A model generated the notes under the pieces. It was not told the DNA's origin. It ran no database searches and saw only the letters and a program-made list of their open reading frames with translations. A stretch of DNA of 61,722 nt, taken from assembly GCA_026981615.1 (NCBI GenBank), contig JALSIH010000123.1:1-61722 (forward strand), read 5' to 3'. Shown one piece after another: positions 36,925 to 45,900 of the stretch; position 1 is the stretch's first letter, and every line of letters begins with the position of its first letter. Source of the stretch: Chitinophagales bacterium (GTDB lineage Bacteria > Bacteroidota > Bacteroidia > Chitinophagales > S012-47). The position numbers were made by a program, and so were the translations under genes.

Positions 36925-38205
36925 ATGAAAAGCGAACTGCCTGACAGAACGTCTCTAAGCAAACTCTATTTAAAAATCAGGAAACGCAGCGAAGAACTTT
37001 GTGCTCCGCTTGAAAAAGAAGACTATGCACCCCAGCCCGTCACCGATGTAAGTCCGCCCCGCTGGCACCTTGCACATACGACCTGGTTTTTCGAGGTCTT
37101 TCTGCTCCAATCCTATCTCAAAGGATTCCGCTTTTATCATCCGAAATACAACTACCTTTTCAATTCCTATTATCGCAATGTGGGCGATCGCTGGGCACGC
37201 CCCGAGCGGGGACATCTGAGCCGTCCTACGGTCGATGAGATATATGCCTACCGGAGAGCCACTGACGAGCGCATTGTGAAAATGCTGCAGGAACTGCCGG
37301 ATCGCGACCTGGCCGCGGCAAGCCACTTGATGATGGTGGGCATTCATCACGAAGAACAGCACCAGGAACTGCTGGTCTATGATTTGAAGTACATCCTTTG
37401 TCACAATCCCCTTCAACCGGTCTATAACCGGCCTCCCAATCCCGCCCTGTTTGAGCGGAAGCTGCCCGATGATTATACAGACTTTATCTCTATAGGCGAA
37501 GGCCTCTATGAAGTCGGTTACCGGGGCGATGATTTCTGTTTCGACAATGAACAGCCGGTGCAGAAAGTCTACCTGCCGGAGTACCATCTTCGAAAGGGTC
37601 CGGTAAGCAATGAAGAATATCTGGCATTTATCAATGACGGGGGCTATCAAAATTTCAATCTCTGGCTGGATGACGGCTGGACATGGAAGGAAGAAAATCA
37701 GATCACGCATCCGCTTTACTGGCATAAGATAGACGGTCAATGGCATGAGATGACCCTCAACGGACTGCGTGAACTCAATCGCAATGCACCTGTTACACAT
37801 ATCAGCTTTTACGAAGCCGAAGCTTTTGCCACCTGGGCGGGGCTCCGTCTTCCCGGTGAGTTTGAATGGGAAACAGCCGCCTTATCCTGCATGCCCGACC
37901 GGCATCAATCCAATATGCTGGAGAAAAAACTGTTTCACCCGGCCCCGCCCTTATCAACCGGCAGCAAATGCTATCAGCTCTACGGTGACGTGTGGGAATG
38001 GACCTACAGTGCCTACCATCCCTATTACGGATTCAAAGCCGCCCCCGGAGCACTCGGAGAATACAACGGCAAGTTTATGATTAATCAAATGGTGTTGCGG
38101 GGCGGCTCCTGTGCCACTCCCCGGCAACACATTCGCAAGAGCTATCGAAATTTTTTCCATCCCGATAAACGATGGATTTTTTCCGGAATACGCCTTGCCA
38201 AATAA
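36925..38205 (+). CDS. egtB: ergothioneine biosynthesis sulfoxide synthase EgtB (DinB-like + FGE-sulfatase domains)
   Basis: HLAHTTWFFE and HHEEQHQEL iron-binding His motifs in the DinB_2 half. GDVWEWT...LRGGSC...R..YRNFF in the FGE-type half. It is followed directly by egtD. Confidence 0.85.
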   Translation: MKSELPDRTSLSKLYLKIRKRSEELCAPLEKEDYAPQPVTDVSPPRWHLAHTTWFFEVFLLQSYLKGFRFYHPKYNYLFNSYYRNVGDRWARPERGHLSRPTVDEIYAYRRATDERIVKMLQELPDRDLAAASHLMMVGIHHEEQHQELLVYDLKYILCHNPLQPVYNRPPNPALFERKLPDDYTDFISIGEGLYEVGYRGDDFCFDNEQPVQKVYLPEYHLRKGPVSNEEYLAFINDGGYQNFNLWLDDGWTWKEENQITHPLYWHKIDGQWHEMTLNGLRELNRNAPVTHISFYEAEAFATWAGLRLPGEFEWETAALSCMPDRHQSNMLEKKLFHPAPPLSTGSKCYQLYGDVWEWTYSAYHPYYGFKAAPGALGEYNGKFMINQMVLRGGSCATPRQHIRKSYRNFFHPDKRWIFSGIRLAK

Positions 38206-38212
38206 TAACTAC

Positions 38213-39181
38213 ATGAAGAAATCAGCGAGCACGGAAAAGTACGACTTACAATTTGCTTCGGAAGTTGACAAAGGCCTGAGCGAGCACCCGAAGCACCTGC
38301 CTACCCGCTTTATTTATGATGATGAAGGAAGCCGGCTGTTTGAAGAGATTATGCGATTGCCCGAATACTACCTCACCCGGGCCGAGCAGGAGATACTGAG
38401 CAGGTATTCGGGAGAAATCGCCTCCATTCTTGGAAGGGAAAAATTTAATCTGATTGAATTGGGAGCCGGAAACGGGGAAAAAACCGCCACTCTGATCAAA
38501 GCATTGCTCAAAGAAAAAAAACAATTCCGCTATGTGCCCATTGATATTTCGGTGGGGGCCATCGATGCACTTCGTCAGGATCTGGGCCGGCAGTTCGGCA
38601 GCCTTCCGATCGAAGGAATCCATTCTGATTATTTCGAGGGGCTCCGCTGGATAAAAGAGCATTCGCAAAGAAGAAATATCGTGCTTTTTCTGGGCTCCAA
38701 CATCGGAAACTTTCAACTGGACCACCAGCATCTTTTTATGCAAAAACTGAGTCAGTGCCTGAAACCCGGTGATTACCTGCTTATCGGCTTTGATTTGATA
38801 AAAGACTACGAAGTCATCCGAAAGGCCTATTTTGACCCTGCCGGAGTCACCGCGCGCTTCAATTTGAATCTTATCAGGCGGATAAACCGTGAGTTGGGAG
38901 CCAACTTCAATATGGATGAAATGGCATACTACTCGGCATACAATCCCTATAAAAAAAGAAACGAAGCCTGCGTTTACAGCAAATGCCGTCAGATCATATA
39001 CATGAAAGCCAATAATAAAAACTATGTGCTGGAGGCCTTTGAGCCGGTCAATACGGAGTATTCCTACAAGTATTCCATTGCCGACACCGAGCGCATGGCG
39101 GCAGAATACGGTTTCGGGGCAATCGCCCATTTCCGCGATTCACGCGCCTTCTTCACCGATGCCCTATGGTTGCGTAAATAA
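38213..39181 (+). CDS. egtD: L-histidine N-alpha-methyltransferase EgtD
   Basis: LPTRFIYDDEGSRLFEEIMRLPEYYLTRAE and the ELGAGNGEKT SAM motif. Start at ATG 38213, 8 nt after the egtB stop. Confidence 0.85.
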   Translation: MKKSASTEKYDLQFASEVDKGLSEHPKHLPTRFIYDDEGSRLFEEIMRLPEYYLTRAEQEILSRYSGEIASILGREKFNLIELGAGNGEKTATLIKALLKEKKQFRYVPIDISVGAIDALRQDLGRQFGSLPIEGIHSDYFEGLRWIKEHSQRRNIVLFLGSNIGNFQLDHQHLFMQKLSQCLKPGDYLLIGFDLIKDYEVIRKAYFDPAGVTARFNLNLIRRINRELGANFNMDEMAYYSAYNPYKKRNEACVYSKCRQIIYMKANNKNYVLEAFEPVNTEYSYKYSIADTERMAAEYGFGAIAHFRDSRAFFTDALWLRK

Positions 39182-39219
39182 TATTTTGCCTTATTTTAGA
39201 AGCCCAAAACCTTTATGAA

Positions 39220-39693
39220 ATGAAATTTTCCCTGCTTGCTATCATTGCCCTCATCTTCTTGTCCCTTTCTTCCTGCTCCACTTCCGGATGGTTGACAAAA
39301 CAAGAGCGGGCTCCATCGGGCGGAGCCCTGGAATATACCGTAGACCTGCAAAGTGTGCCGAAGCAGCCACAGGCCCTCTTGCCCCAAAAGAAAAGAACTG
39401 CTTTTACACATCAAATCAAGGAAAGCCGTGCGGGACGGCTCTTGGCCGGGGCACGGAAGTTTAACAAAGCCGTGAGAAACTCCGTTTTCCGGTCGATCGA
39501 GCCTCGAAACAATGCTGCTTCGACCTCAACGGCTGCAGGAAATGTCATGAAAATAGCGGTCATTGTTCTGGTGCTTTTCCTCCTTCTCCTCCTCATTGGC
39601 GGAACCCTGGGCCGATTGATCAATTTGCTCATCAGCATCCTTCTGGTGGTGCTGCTGGTTTACCTTATCCTCTGGCTGCTGGGCATGTATTAA
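39220..39693 (+). CDS. hypothetical lipoprotein with C-terminal hydrophobic segments
   Basis: Lipobox LSLSSC, a basic middle region, and two C-terminal hydrophobic helices. No recognised motif. Confidence 0.5.
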   Translation: MKFSLLAIIALIFLSLSSCSTSGWLTKQERAPSGGALEYTVDLQSVPKQPQALLPQKKRTAFTHQIKESRAGRLLAGARKFNKAVRNSVFRSIEPRNNAASTSTAAGNVMKIAVIVLVLFLLLLLIGGTLGRLINLLISILLVVLLVYLILWLLGMY

Positions 39694-40415
39694 AGCAGGC
39701 TCCGGGCCGGGCGCTCCTTCATCCCGGGCCGGAGAAGCGCCCGGTTTTTCTTTCCCTTTTCCAGAAAGGTAAGAAACGCCTCCCGCTCGATGAGCCGGGC
39801 TCCCAATCTTTCGAGGTGGGGGTTGTAAATCTGGCAATCGATCAAAGGGCAGCCCCCCTCCCGGCAAAGCCTTGTCAATGCTATCAGCGCGGCTTTGGAG
39901 GCATTGGGAATCAGAGAAAACATGGACTCGCCCGAAAAAACACCAGCCAGATACACTCCGTACAATCCGCCCAGTAGCCGATCGTCTTTCCATACTTCTA
40001 CCGAATGCGCCACACCTTTGCGATGCAGGCGTACATAGGCATTGATCATTTCCTCATGAATCCAGGTTCCTTCCTCTCCCTTTCTTTTTGCTGCACTGCA
40101 CTGTTTTACAACCTCTTCAAAAGATGTGTTAAAACGAATCACCCATCCGCGGTTGCGAAGTATGCTGCGCATGCTCTTGCTGATGTGAATTTCTTCGGGA
40201 AAAAGCACCATGCGTTCTTCCGGTGACCACCATATCACCGGCCCCTGGCGCTTGTTGTACCAAGGGAAAATGCCTTTGCTGTACGCTTCTATGAGTGTGC
40301 CGGGAAGCAGGTTCCCTCCGAAAGCCAGCGGCCCGGAGGGCTTGGCCAGACGGGGATCCGGAAAGCGGGGCTTATCATGACTCAGATAAAAAATATCGAA
40401 AGAATCTCGCATCAT
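39690..40415 (-). CDS. aat: leucyl/phenylalanyl-tRNA--protein transferase
   Basis: LAFGGNL.P..L..AY..GIFPW and SGESMF motifs typical of Aat. Confidence 0.9.
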   Translation of the reverse strand: MMRDSFDIFYLSHDKPRFPDPRLAKPSGPLAFGGNLLPGTLIEAYSKGIFPWYNKRQGPVIWWSPEERMVLFPEEIHISKSMRSILRNRGWVIRFNTSFEEVVKQCSAAKRKGEEGTWIHEEMINAYVRLHRKGVAHSVEVWKDDRLLGGLYGVYLAGVFSGESMFSLIPNASKAALIALTRLCREGGCPLIDCQIYNPHLERLGARLIEREAFLTFLEKGKKNRALLRPGMKERPARSLL

Positions 40416-40454
40416 AGACCATTGCTTATATCCGGCATTGCCCCCCGGTGGAGT

Positions 40455-41597
40455 TTAGTTGAGAGACGATTGCTGCATGAGGAAGCGGTCGATGCTCTCT
40501 TTATCGACAACACCGAGCAATTTGCCTTGTTCCAAAACCGGATAGAATCCGGCTTCATTGCCAAGCACACCGGGATATATTTTACTAAGCCGCTCATCGG
40601 GTCCGAGCACCTCAAAGTCGCGCACCAATATAGCGGCTACGGGGTCCTCCCCGCTCATCGTTTTCAAGGCGTTGATCAGCCGGGGTTTTGAGAGCAGCCC
40701 CACGATCCGGTCCTGGTCATCCATCACTATGAAGTCACTGTAATGTCCCTGCAAGAGATAATCAACGGCATCTTTGATGCGTGCTTCCGGTGGCAAAAGC
40801 ACATAAGCACTGTGCATGACCTCTTTCACGCGGTGCCCCCGCAATGCCTCTGTTTGCTGTATCATCATGTTTTCCGAATAGGCCCCCAGGAAGACAAACA
40901 ATCCGATGAAAATCAAAAAGGGATCGCTGTAGAAACCCCAGATAATAAAAAGAAAAGCAAACACCTGACCCACGGTAGCGGCAATCTGTGTGGCACGGGC
41001 ACGATTCATACGCATGGCGAGCAGGGCTCTTAGTATCCTCCCCCCGTCCATCGGGAATGCCGGAATAATATTGAAAAGCACAAGCATAAGATTGACAAAG
41101 AAGAGATAAAAAATGAAATTGGCAGGCCCTATGGCCAGGGCTTGGTGGGCACTTTCGCTCATCTGCTGCGATCCATTCTGTGCCAGACTTAATGTGAGCT
41201 CCTGCAAACGGGTGTAGCTTTCAACGATTTGCCCGGAAAAGAGAAGATAGAGGAGAACAGCAATGGCCACATTTACCAGAGGACCGGCAATGGCAATCCA
41301 GAATTCATGAGCAGGCTTTTCCGGAATATTTTCCATGCTGGCCACCCCACCTATCGGCAAAAGGGTGATTTTCCGTGTCCGCACCCCAAATCGCTTGCCC
41401 ATGGTCGCATGCCCCAGTTCGTGCAGGGTGACGCAGGCAAATACCGAGAGAATAAATAAGACCCCCCAAAGGCCGGTTTCGAGGCTGCCGCTCTGCTGAT
41501 AGTTGCTATAAAAGACATAGAGCACAATAAAAAGGAAAGTCCAGTGGATTTTAATGCGTATACCCGCTACTGTTCCCAGATTCAATGACCATTTCAT
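40455..41597 (-). CDS. site-2 protease family (M50) membrane metalloprotease with tandem CBS domains
   Basis: HELGHA zinc motif in a TM helix, a later PAFPMDGG motif, and a C-terminal CBS pair. Confidence 0.85.
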   Translation of the reverse strand: MKWSLNLGTVAGIRIKIHWTFLFIVLYVFYSNYQQSGSLETGLWGVLFILSVFACVTLHELGHATMGKRFGVRTRKITLLPIGGVASMENIPEKPAHEFWIAIAGPLVNVAIAVLLYLLFSGQIVESYTRLQELTLSLAQNGSQQMSESAHQALAIGPANFIFYLFFVNLMLVLFNIIPAFPMDGGRILRALLAMRMNRARATQIAATVGQVFAFLFIIWGFYSDPFLIFIGLFVFLGAYSENMMIQQTEALRGHRVKEVMHSAYVLLPPEARIKDAVDYLLQGHYSDFIVMDDQDRIVGLLSKPRLINALKTMSGEDPVAAILVRDFEVLGPDERLSKIYPGVLGNEAGFYPVLEQGKLLGVVDKESIDRFLMQQSSLN

Positions 41598-41648
41598 TTG
41601 CTTAATTTTGGGCGCTTCTTAAATTGTATACAGATAAAAATAAGAATA

Positions 41649-41909
41649 ATGGAGAAAGATATTTTTCCGCTCTTCCGGAAATACAGCCATGACCGGTCTT
41701 TCTTCAAGATCGTATCAAAAGATTGCTTTGTTCAGCTCGACATCATAGGGGATGCATATTTTCTTCACACTTTTCGCGCAAAGATTCACCCCGACCGCAT
41801 GCTGATTCTGGATATGATCAACAATGAAAACAATGCCTGGCAGGAGATTGACGAAGCCGTGTTTGAGGAGCGGCTCGACCATGCCCGTAAAAATCTCAGA
41901 GAAATGTAA
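41649..41909 (+). CDS. hypothetical protein (86 aa)
   Basis: ATG 41649 is preferred over the track TTG start, which overlaps the divergent gene. No motif recognised. Confidence 0.45.
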   Translation: MEKDIFPLFRKYSHDRSFFKIVSKDCFVQLDIIGDAYFLHTFRAKIHPDRMLILDMINNENNAWQEIDEAVFEERLDHARKNLREM

Positions 41910-41914
41910 TGCGC

Positions 41915-42100
41915 TTACTCTTCGGGCTTATCGGCCATAAGCATATCGGCCACACCAAAAGCGCTAATCACCAGTATAAGAGAGATGCTCAGCGAGAAAA
42001 GGGTCTTGATGGCTTTCATTCCTGCAAACCACGGCTCGGCCATATATTGCAGGATGATAAAGACTACTATAAATGAAAGGATAAAGAGTAAGACTTTCAT
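41915..42100 (-). CDS. small membrane protein (61 aa, two hydrophobic helices)
   Basis: MKVLLFILSFIVVFIIL and SLSISLILVISAFGV helices. Located 25 nt downstream of the NrtR-like gene on the same strand. Confidence 0.5.
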   Translation of the reverse strand: MKVLLFILSFIVVFIILQYMAEPWFAGMKAIKTLFSLSISLILVISAFGVADMLMADKPEE

Positions 42101-42125
42101 TGAATTTTAATTTGCCTCAAAAATA

Positions 42126-42818
42126 TTAAAAGAGTGTGAGTTTACTGCTCTCACTTTTCATTTTTTCAAATTCTTCCCAGTCAAAATGATAAAGCGTGGC
42201 AAGAGGCTTGTTGTTTTTCGATTTGATGACCATCGATTCTTTTAAAATATTGAGGCCCAGGATCTTTTTTCGGAAATTCCTCTTATCCAAAGATTTTCCG
42301 GTGATCGTCTCTATCAGGCGTTGCAAATCCGATAATGTAAAGTCTCTCGGAAGCAGATTAAATCCAATGGATTCATACTTCAGTTTTTCCTTCAGCCGGT
42401 GGATGGCAAATTCAAGTATTTCGGCATGGTCAAATGCAAGCTCCGGCAATTCATAAATATTAAACCAGGCTGCCGAAAGGGCTTCCGAGCCGGGGTCAAG
42501 GGCCATGTCATCGCTGTTAATAAGCGCGTAATACGTGATACTCACACTGCGCCCCCTGGGGTCGCGGTCAACGGCTCCGAAGGTATGGAATTGCTCAATG
42601 TAAGCATCCTCAATTCCGCTCTGGGCACGCAGGTGGCGGCCGGCAGCTTCTTCCAGGGACTCATCTATGGCTACAGGCCCTCCGGGCAGAGCCCACTCCC
42701 CTTTAAAAGGATCATGCTTTCTTTGAATAAGTAATGCTTTGATTTGCTTGTTCTCATAGGAAAGTATGATGTTCTCAACCGTCAGCAATGGGCGCGCCTG
42801 ATCATACGTATAGGCCAT
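42126..42818 (-). CDS. NrtR-family transcriptional regulator (degenerate Nudix domain + C-terminal winged helix)
   Basis: The Nudix box scaffold is kept, but REUxEE is replaced by RHLRAQ. The C-terminal FTLSDLQRLIETITGKSLDKRNFRKKIL matches the NrtR-type wHTH region. Confidence 0.75.
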   Translation of the reverse strand: MAYTYDQARPLLTVENIILSYENKQIKALLIQRKHDPFKGEWALPGGPVAIDESLEEAAGRHLRAQSGIEDAYIEQFHTFGAVDRDPRGRSVSITYYALINSDDMALDPGSEALSAAWFNIYELPELAFDHAEILEFAIHRLKEKLKYESIGFNLLPRDFTLSDLQRLIETITGKSLDKRNFRKKILGLNILKESMVIKSKNNKPLATLYHFDWEEFEKMKSESSKLTLF

Positions 42819-42919
42819 CTCTATTAGTTTATGGGCGTAAAATGTACACTAAGATACTGCGCTTTTTGAAAGTAAACAATTATAATTAAACAAATATGTT
42901 AATAACCCAGTGTATATAC

Positions 42920-42953
42920 AAAAAAAGGCCGGCTCAATGAGCCGGCCTTTTTT
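42920..42953 (-). terminator. strong bidirectional intrinsic terminator
   Basis: Perfect 9-bp stem GGCCGGCTC / GAGCCGGCC with a 3-nt loop. An A run and a T run flank it. It lies just downstream of the 1284-aa gene stop. Confidence 0.85.
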
Positions 42954-42971
42954 GATTTCAAATTACATAAA

Positions 42972-45900
42972 TCACTCTTTTACAAATCGTTGCATACCAA
43001 CTCCCTTCCTTGTGTTCAGTCTGAGGATGTAATTGCCGTTGCTCAGATTTTTGATAGCAATGTTTGTCTGCAATGCATTGATCCTTTTGTTGATCAGCAC
43101 CCGGCCATTCATATCAATGACTTGCAGATCAAGAATCTCGATGTCCGAAACGATCGTTATCTGTCCCGAAGCAGGAACCGGGAAGATGCTGACTCCGATC
43201 GAAGGATCAAGCGTGGCAATACCCACGGAAGTTACGGATACCGAGTCGCAGACGGTGCTGCTTCCCTGGCTGTTGCTGGCCGTCAGACAAACCTCATAAA
43301 TGCCATCGGCTGCATAGCTGTGAGCGGGGTTCTGATCGCTGGAGCCGCTGCCGTCACCAAAGGTCCAACTCCACGCACTCGGATAGTTGTCTGACATATC
43401 CGTAAACTGTACATCCAGTTTGTTGGCCACATAGTCAAATGCGGCTACCGGAGTCATCATGGGTTCGAAATCTGCAAATCTTCTGATCATCAGCTGATAT
43501 CCGTCAAAATAAGGGGCGCTGGGATCGTATTGGCTGCCTACGCCCGTCACCCGGTAAAAACCGGTCGGGAACGGCATGGTATCCAGGTCCGTACGGTCAT
43601 CCACACGGATGATGATGGTATCTCCGTTGTGCAGTGCCTGGATGTTGTATCCTCCGCCTGTCGGAATGGAGTCGAGCATTTCCACATCATTGAGCACCAG
43701 CACTTCACTTTCATACTCTTCCATCAAAGTATCCACTTCCATGGCTGCCGGCTGGTCATTTCCGGAACTGATCAATCCGATGCTGTCCGGAATGATTTCA
43801 AGCAGTCCGTTGAATTGGTCGAGTGTTCCGATCACATGTATGCTGTCGCCTTCCACGACCATATAATTGCTCACTTCGCTGAAGGAGAACACATTGATAC
43901 CTCCGGTCGGGTCCTGAATCCAGAACTGGAGGCCTCCGCCCCGGTAGTCAATCGTGGTTACGACTCCGCGAAGTTCGCAGCGAACTCCGAGTGAATCTCC
44001 CACACCATCGGCATCTACACTGTTAATCTGATCAACTGTATAGACCGGCAGCGGCTTATCATTGGCCGATATGGTCACTGTGGCATTGGCGATGAGGATT
44101 TTGGCATTGTTTGTCGGATTCTGAAGTTCAAACATGATGGTCTCATCTCCTTCCTGGTCGTTGTCATCAATAATGGCGACCTGCACGGTGACAGGGGCCG
44201 AAGAATTGGCCGGGAAGGTAACCGTGGTGGGTGATGTAAAGGTGTAATCTGCTCCGGCTGTAGCCGTTCCGCCTGTTACTGCCACATCCACACTGGTGGG
44301 ATTGCTGTTGGGATCCGTTATAGATATGGTCAGATCGGCAAATCCCGCACTTTCATCTACCACAATGTTGGTCAGAGTAAAGAAGACACTGGGTGTATCC
44401 GACACGCCCTGAATGATGTCCTGCTGATAGCGTGGCAATATTTGGTATCCCGAATTGTAAGGGGAAGAAGGATCGTACTGGCTTCCACATCCAATCACAT
44501 CAAAATTGCCTGCCGGTGCCGGCATAGCTCCGTCAATGTCCGTATCGCTGTCGATGCGCATGGTCAGGGTGTCGCCATTGGCCGTAACGATGTCTACATT
44601 GCGGCTTCCGCTGCCGGTGGGCCACTGCGTGGGATCGGCCAGGTAGACATTGTTGATGCGCAGATAGTCGCCTTCGGTGTCTTCTCCGAGATTGTTTACT
44701 ACATCCGGATCGCCATAAGCATTGTTTTGTGATACGACAATGATGCTGTCCGGAATAAATTCGATCAGACCTCTGAAGAATCCGAGCTTGCCGTGAATAT
44801 GAAGCATATCCCCTTCGGCAACCACATAGGAGTTGACATCCGAGAAATTGAAGACATTGATGCCTTCTGTCCCATCGCGCATGAAGAAACTGTATCCGTT
44901 GTTGCCGTCAAAATCGATGCTGAATACGATGCCCTGAATCCAACCTACGGTATCCTTATAAACGGGCTCATTGTTGGCATCCACGGTTTTCAGCATGTTG
45001 TAGTCAAAAAATTCGGGTCCGGTGATGATGTCCTCCTGATATCGCGGCAAAATCTGATAACCCGAGTTGTAAGGGGAAGAGGGATCATATTGACCGCCAC
45101 AACCGATCACATCGAAATTGCCCGTGGGAGCCGGCATGGCTCCGTCAATGTCCGTATCGCTGTCAATGCGCATGGTCAGGGTGTCGCCATTGGCCGTGAC
45201 GATGTCCACATTGCGGCTTCCGCTGCCGGTGGGCCACTGCGTGGGATCGGCCAGGTAAACTCCGTTGATGCGGATGTAGTTGCCTTCCGTGCTTTCGTCC
45301 AGATTGCTTACCATATCCGGATTGCCATAGTCCCTGCCTGCTTCGATCAGTGCAATGCTGTCGGGGATGAACTCGATCAGGCCTCTGAAGAAACCCAGTT
45401 TGCCCCGGATATGGAGGGAATCGCCTTCCGTCACCACATAGCCGCTTACATCGGATGAATTGTAGATGTTAATGCCTTCTCCCCCGTCTCTGATGAAGAA
45501 GCTGTATCCGTTGTTGCCGTCAAAGTCGATGCTGTAAACCACGCCTTTGATCCATCCGCTTGTATCTTTATTGACCGGCTCGTTGTTGGCATCTACCATT
45601 TTCAGCATAGAGTATGGAAGGAAGTTTATCATTGTTTGAGTAATGTCACATGAACTGAACTTCACCGGAGGAAGTGTGGTATCCGCAGGAACGGTTACCT
45701 CTCTGTTGTAGCCTCCGAATCCGTCATCCACACCACAGGCTGCGGGCACATTCTCTACAAAGGGCCAGTCATTGCCATTCAGGAATTTGTATTGATGTGT
45801 ACTTCCCTGCTGTACCTGCACGGTATAGGTGTAAATATTATTTCCGATATGGATCATGGGCGATCCCGAAGGATTCCAGCCCTGGAAGCTTCCGGCTACA

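Noticed and set aside
36970-39130. 276-aa and 294-aa minus-strand ORFs opposite egtB and egtD
   Set aside because: The sense-strand products carry specific EgtB and EgtD motifs. The antisense ORFs have none.
42878-42887. Perfect 10-bp palindrome AATTATAATT upstream of the NrtR-like gene as a candidate operator
   Set aside because: Short AT-only palindromes are expected by chance in an AT-rich spacer. There is no second copy in the window, so it is not reported as a site.
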